From assembly GCA_010909165.1 (NCBI GenBank), contig MU008153.1:682001-746000 (forward strand): a DNA stretch of 64,000 bases, read 5' to 3'. The translations under genes and the position numbers were made by a program. Shown one piece after another: positions 60,270-64,000 of the stretch. A model generated the notes under the pieces. The model was not told the origin of the DNA. It made no database searches and saw nothing but the letters and a program-made list of their open reading frames with translations. Origin of the DNA: Anthoceros angustus (taxonomy: Eukaryota; Plantae; Anthocerotophyta). Position 1 is the first letter of the stretch; every line of letters begins with the position of its first letter.

Positions 60270-61048
60270 ATGGCTGTGACCATTTCGAAATCCACGTTTC
60301 TAGCAGTTCTCGTGTTCCTCATTGCTACAATGACCTTCATCGAGGTGGCCCTTGCTTCTTGGCTACAAGACCGACTCCTCGGACCCGACGTCGCTCCCTC
60401 CGGTATACGTGCCTTGGCTGCAGGAGAGAGCAAGCTTTATGACATTTTTGCTGAGCATGCTCGCAGATCTGGCGACTTGAGACCTCTTCGCTGTTGTCAA
60501 ATTCTCCACAGGGACCGACGCCGTCACACCAATTTTCGTCGTGGTCACGCTCATTTCTGGAGTGGTTGGGATAGCAGCGCTGTTGGCTGCTAGCAACGCC
60601 ATCAAAGAATGGAGCTCCGGTGGCCTGGCAGGCGCCGACGGTGCCACTATTCTTATTGACCTTCTCCTCTCCTTCCTGGCTCTCGGGTATGATATTCTGC
60701 CGGCCAGCACAAAGGTGACCCTTGCAAGACCTTGGAAGTTTAGCGCTCAGCCTATTTATTGTCCCTCCAACAGGTATGCTTGCAAGGAGATCGACGACGA
60801 AAACAATAGACCACCTCATCACCGGGACGGACGAGTTGTGAGTGACTGACTCCTTGTTCGCTCATGCTGTAACAGTTCTCTTCAGTCTCCGGTTTCTTTG
60901 AACACAAACTTTCTTGTAGACGACTGATCCAAGATCTGTGACAAACTCGCAGCAAACGCTGGAGGCTTTTGTGATCATCATCGCCGCCTTCAAGCTGTTC
61001 AAACTGGTGACCTTGCACACAAACCTCACAGACAGGATTTTCACTTAA
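60270..61048 (+). CDS. AWPM-19 (PM19) family membrane protein, 4 exons
   Basis: MAVTISKSTFLAVLVFLIATM..|GTDAVTPIFVVVTLISGVVGIAA..W..GLAGA..LALG|YACKEI..|QTLEAFVII..*, matching the AWPM-19 GNxAT, AGVVG, LACKEI and LEAF motifs. Confidence 0.85.
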
Positions 61049-61995
61049 GACGCTGTCTGTGTTAGGGTGACATTGTTGTACTCATCTTTTGATTGGGGAA
61101 CATGTCACCGAGTGACATTGTTGTACTCATCTTTTGATTCTGGAAAATGTCACCGAGTGACATTGTTGTACTCATCTTTTGATTCTGGAACGTGTCACCG
61201 AGTGACATTGTTGTACTCATCGTGTGATTCGGAAGGATTCAATTGGGAGAATAAAGTACTCTGCTATCGGCATGATCATATTCAGTGGTTGGCACCATGT
61301 TCTGTCATAACGAAGCAACGTGTGCAGCTCCTGACCATCTTTTGCATCACGGAGCTCACCATTAGTGTCAATTCGTAGCCTCATGACTGCACATGGAACT
61401 CACAACAACAACTTGGATGTACTGTAGGGTGGAGAGAAGGATTGTTTCATCAGTGGAGAAAGAAAGAAAGACGATGTTATCACCACTGCAACGTACAGGC
61501 TGAACTCCCCGGCCCTCAGCCTTGATCGGATCAATTTGCTCTGCTGTCCCGGAGCTTGGGCGGCCATGGGCCAGCTGCTAAACTGAGAACTGAGTTACCA
61601 AAGAGTCAAGCTGCCGCCGGCAATTTGCATGCAAGCGGACATCGCATTTCCTTCTGTAGGAGTGGGGCCGGCCCTGCTCCAGCTACGCCCAGGTGATGTA
61701 TTATCCTCTACGTCTTTGATTTATCCGATGGTTTGTCTTCACCAACACTCTGGACAGCATGCCACCCTTCTTATTATGGCAGGTGGAGCCGCGTCTCCCA
61801 GTGCTCCTCTCCCTGTGTTCCACGAGGCTTCAGCGAATCTGAGGCTGCTTCAGCCTTACACTTAAGTGAGGATTTTGATCAGGGAGAACAAGCATGGTGA
61901 GGGCTACCTAGGACGGTGTTTTCTCGAACTTTGATCCATTTCGTGGACATCCAGGGTCGTGAGTCGTGAGATTGATGTGATAAAAAATAAGACTG

Positions 61996-62972
61996 TTGCC
62001 CACTGAAATTGATGCTCAGGGGACGACTCCGCGGCCTGCTCAGGAGGCTTCTCCCAGTTCCACCTCACATGCTGCCACCCCGGTGTCTGAACAGGGTGAT
62101 CTTCCTCCGAGGCCTCCTGCCCTGACCATCAATCTCGACTGGAGTAGACTTCTAATCAGTCCGGTGGTTCTTCTCCCAGCTCTCTTGCTTTGGCTACAAT
62201 TTGTGTTTACAATTGTGGCCTTGGGATTGGCTGCGGCGGTCATCAACAAATTGATTGATGGTTCTTCTGAGGGTATGTTTCATGTGGCTTGTTTCCTCCG
62301 TCGGCAGACGTTTTCAATCTGATGGTGGTTTGAGCACAGATATGACGTGTCCGCAGGGAACAATGCCACATCCGCCTTTGTTCTGGTAACTCTGATATCT
62401 GAGACAGTAGGACTAGCAGCAATCGCAATTGCAGCTCAGCACTTGTGGCAGAGAACGCCCACAAGCTTGGCATCTGATGCGCTTATCACTTTGGTGGACT
62501 TGGCCTTGTCCGGGTTGGCTTTCGGGTATGCAGTCCTTCAGCACATTGATGCCTTGCTCACGAATGCATCATTGACGTAACCTGGTGACATAGCTTGAAA
62601 CTGAGAAGTGATCTCTGCTCGTTTCTCGACAGTTTTGCTTGCAAGGAGGCAGATGTTGGGGATAAGACGGTGGACGTGTCCTACGGCTTTGTGAATGCAG
62701 AGGAAACATTCTCAAGAGGCCCGAGACTGGTGAGCACACTCACGGTTACTGTAGACGTCCTGTACAACGGAGCTGGTCTGAGCTCGCGAGATTGCTGCGA
62801 TCCCAGTTCACGAATTTCGGACCATGTGCACTGTACTGTGCAGAAAGGCCTGGAGGGCATTGTCATCCTTCTTTTCCTACTCAAGCTGTTGAAGGTGGTG
62901 GGCATCTTCGTCGTGGACATTTTCGGACTGCAGACAACGACTAAGGCCGACCCCCCAGCCCCTGAAATCTGA
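61996..62972 (+). CDS. Second, diverged AWPM-19 paralog with acidic/Pro-rich N-terminal extension; start uncertain
   Basis: LQFVFTIVALGLAAAVINKLIDG|GNNATSAFVLVTLISETVGLAA..LASDA..LAFG|FACKEA..|KGLEGIVILL. The upstream frame is disturbed by homopolymer indels. Confidence 0.78.
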
Positions 62973-63273
62973 GCTCCTCCGACATCCACCGGAAGTCCTG
63001 GCCAACCGGATAGCAGGAGGCAAGTGTTGTAAACGTGTTGTACGTACCATATCCAGAATCTGTTGGAGATGCTCGTGGTGGGGCATTCATTCTGTGATAT
63101 TCAGATGTGAACAAAATTCCGACCGCCTAGAGATTCTGTATAACAGCAGTCCGCACCGAATTTGTGCTCTGGCAGTGAATTATCAAATTTGGGAGACAGT
63201 TTGGACCGATCAGCTGAGTTGCGGTTATTTGTTGTAGCCCTATCCCTGGCCCTGGCCGGGAGCCTTCCAATTC

Positions 63274-64000
63274 ATGCAATCTCCCATGGCTTTGAGTGTT
63301 GGGAGCAGGGTCATTCCCGGAACTTTGCTTAGCTCCAGGAACATTAGCTTGGAACCAGAGCTTTCTGCCTGCAGGGTTCTTGGAGGAATACATTTGTCGT
63401 CTTGCAAATTTTCCAGCAGTCAGAAGAACGGATCACCTTGTAGAGATGCTTCCGTGATCTGCTTGTCACTGGGTAGCAGGGAAGAGGGGTTTGCTCCAGC
63501 ATTCACCGAAGAGTTTCGGACAAGGACGAGTGGTGATGAGGTATGAAACATATTGCTTGACGTTGTCAGCATTCAGCAGCTCAAAAATGCCTGGACGCGT
63601 GTGGGATGTTTTGGGTCAGGTCCGGAAGGAGATCCTCAAGTGCTATGACCTTGTTCACAAGCTTGGAAGGGGAGCCGTATACTTGGGTTCAGCACGAACC
63701 AAGGTCGGGCACGCTCATTATGACCAGGCCATGGAGCTTGGGCGTGAAGTAAGACCCAACACTCCACGGATGCTGTCGCTGTACCGCAATAGCAGCATCA
63801 TGATATCAAGCGGCTGTTGCTTGCAGGTGGCTCTCCTGCTTAACTGCACATCCTGGACTGGTGTTGGGCCCGGACTGATGGATGCAGTGGTCAGAGGAGC
63901 CATGGAAGCCCGCAAACCTGTCGCTGGTTTCAAGATTTACATGGAGGCCGGCGAATGGACCAACTCCAACACACACCCCTACTTGTCCAGTGACACTTAC
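63274..64000 (+). CDS. LOG/lysine-decarboxylase-like protein (AT1G50575/LOGL10-like), truncated by the window end
   Basis: Transit-like exon ..RTSGDE|VRKEILKCYDLVHKLGRGAVYLGSAR..AMELGRE|VALLLNCTSWTGVGPGLMDAV..KPVAGFKI..EAGEW..HPYL. Confidence 0.85.

Noticed and set aside
54970-61221. 45-bp repeat arrays as CRISPR arrays
   Set aside because: The units are contiguous with no unique spacers, there are no cas genes, and the context is eukaryotic.

Overview
Gene-dense eukaryotic nuclear DNA (about 50% GC, GT-AG introns of roughly 60-150 bp) from a seed-free land plant. A hornwort is the best guess (inference), because the window carries a DYW:KP-type PPR ending in 'GRP', a flagellar kinesin-II accessory subunit (KAP) and very compact genes. 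I can support about 19 spliced or single-exon genes: C2-domain protein, DUF482/FemAB-like GNAT, LysM-LysM-lysozyme, SAC3B, PPR-DYW:KP, VPS3, PDE318-like GTPase, TIM8, RIQ2, KAP, PAM68, PLPBP-like, a tail-anchored orphan, MOB1, DUF3754, a Gnk2/DUF26 secreted protein, two AWPM-19 genes and a LOG-like gene cut by the window end. Other features are a decayed Ty3/gypsy LTR element (about 26.0-31.2 kb), a tRNA-Trp relic, a CRE-like non-LTR fragment and a rearranged 52.9-62.1 kb block whose junctions carry 7-9 bp microhomologies. The most striking item is invisible in the unspliced ORF track: a four-exon gene (7022-8536, minus) joins two LysM domains to an invertebrate-type (destabilase-like) lysozyme domain with intact E/D and HNGGP motifs. 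It may have a cryptic plastid-transit-like N-terminus and sits directly upstream of a FemAB-like gene. Also notable are a candidate novel KASH protein (TM + ALPT stop), a PLPBP paralog lacking the Schiff-base Lys, and an OSB-type PDF motif fused to a putative U-to-C editing PPR. All family calls come from motif recognition, not database searches. Exon boundaries are manual, and homopolymer indels suggest long-read consensus errors in places.
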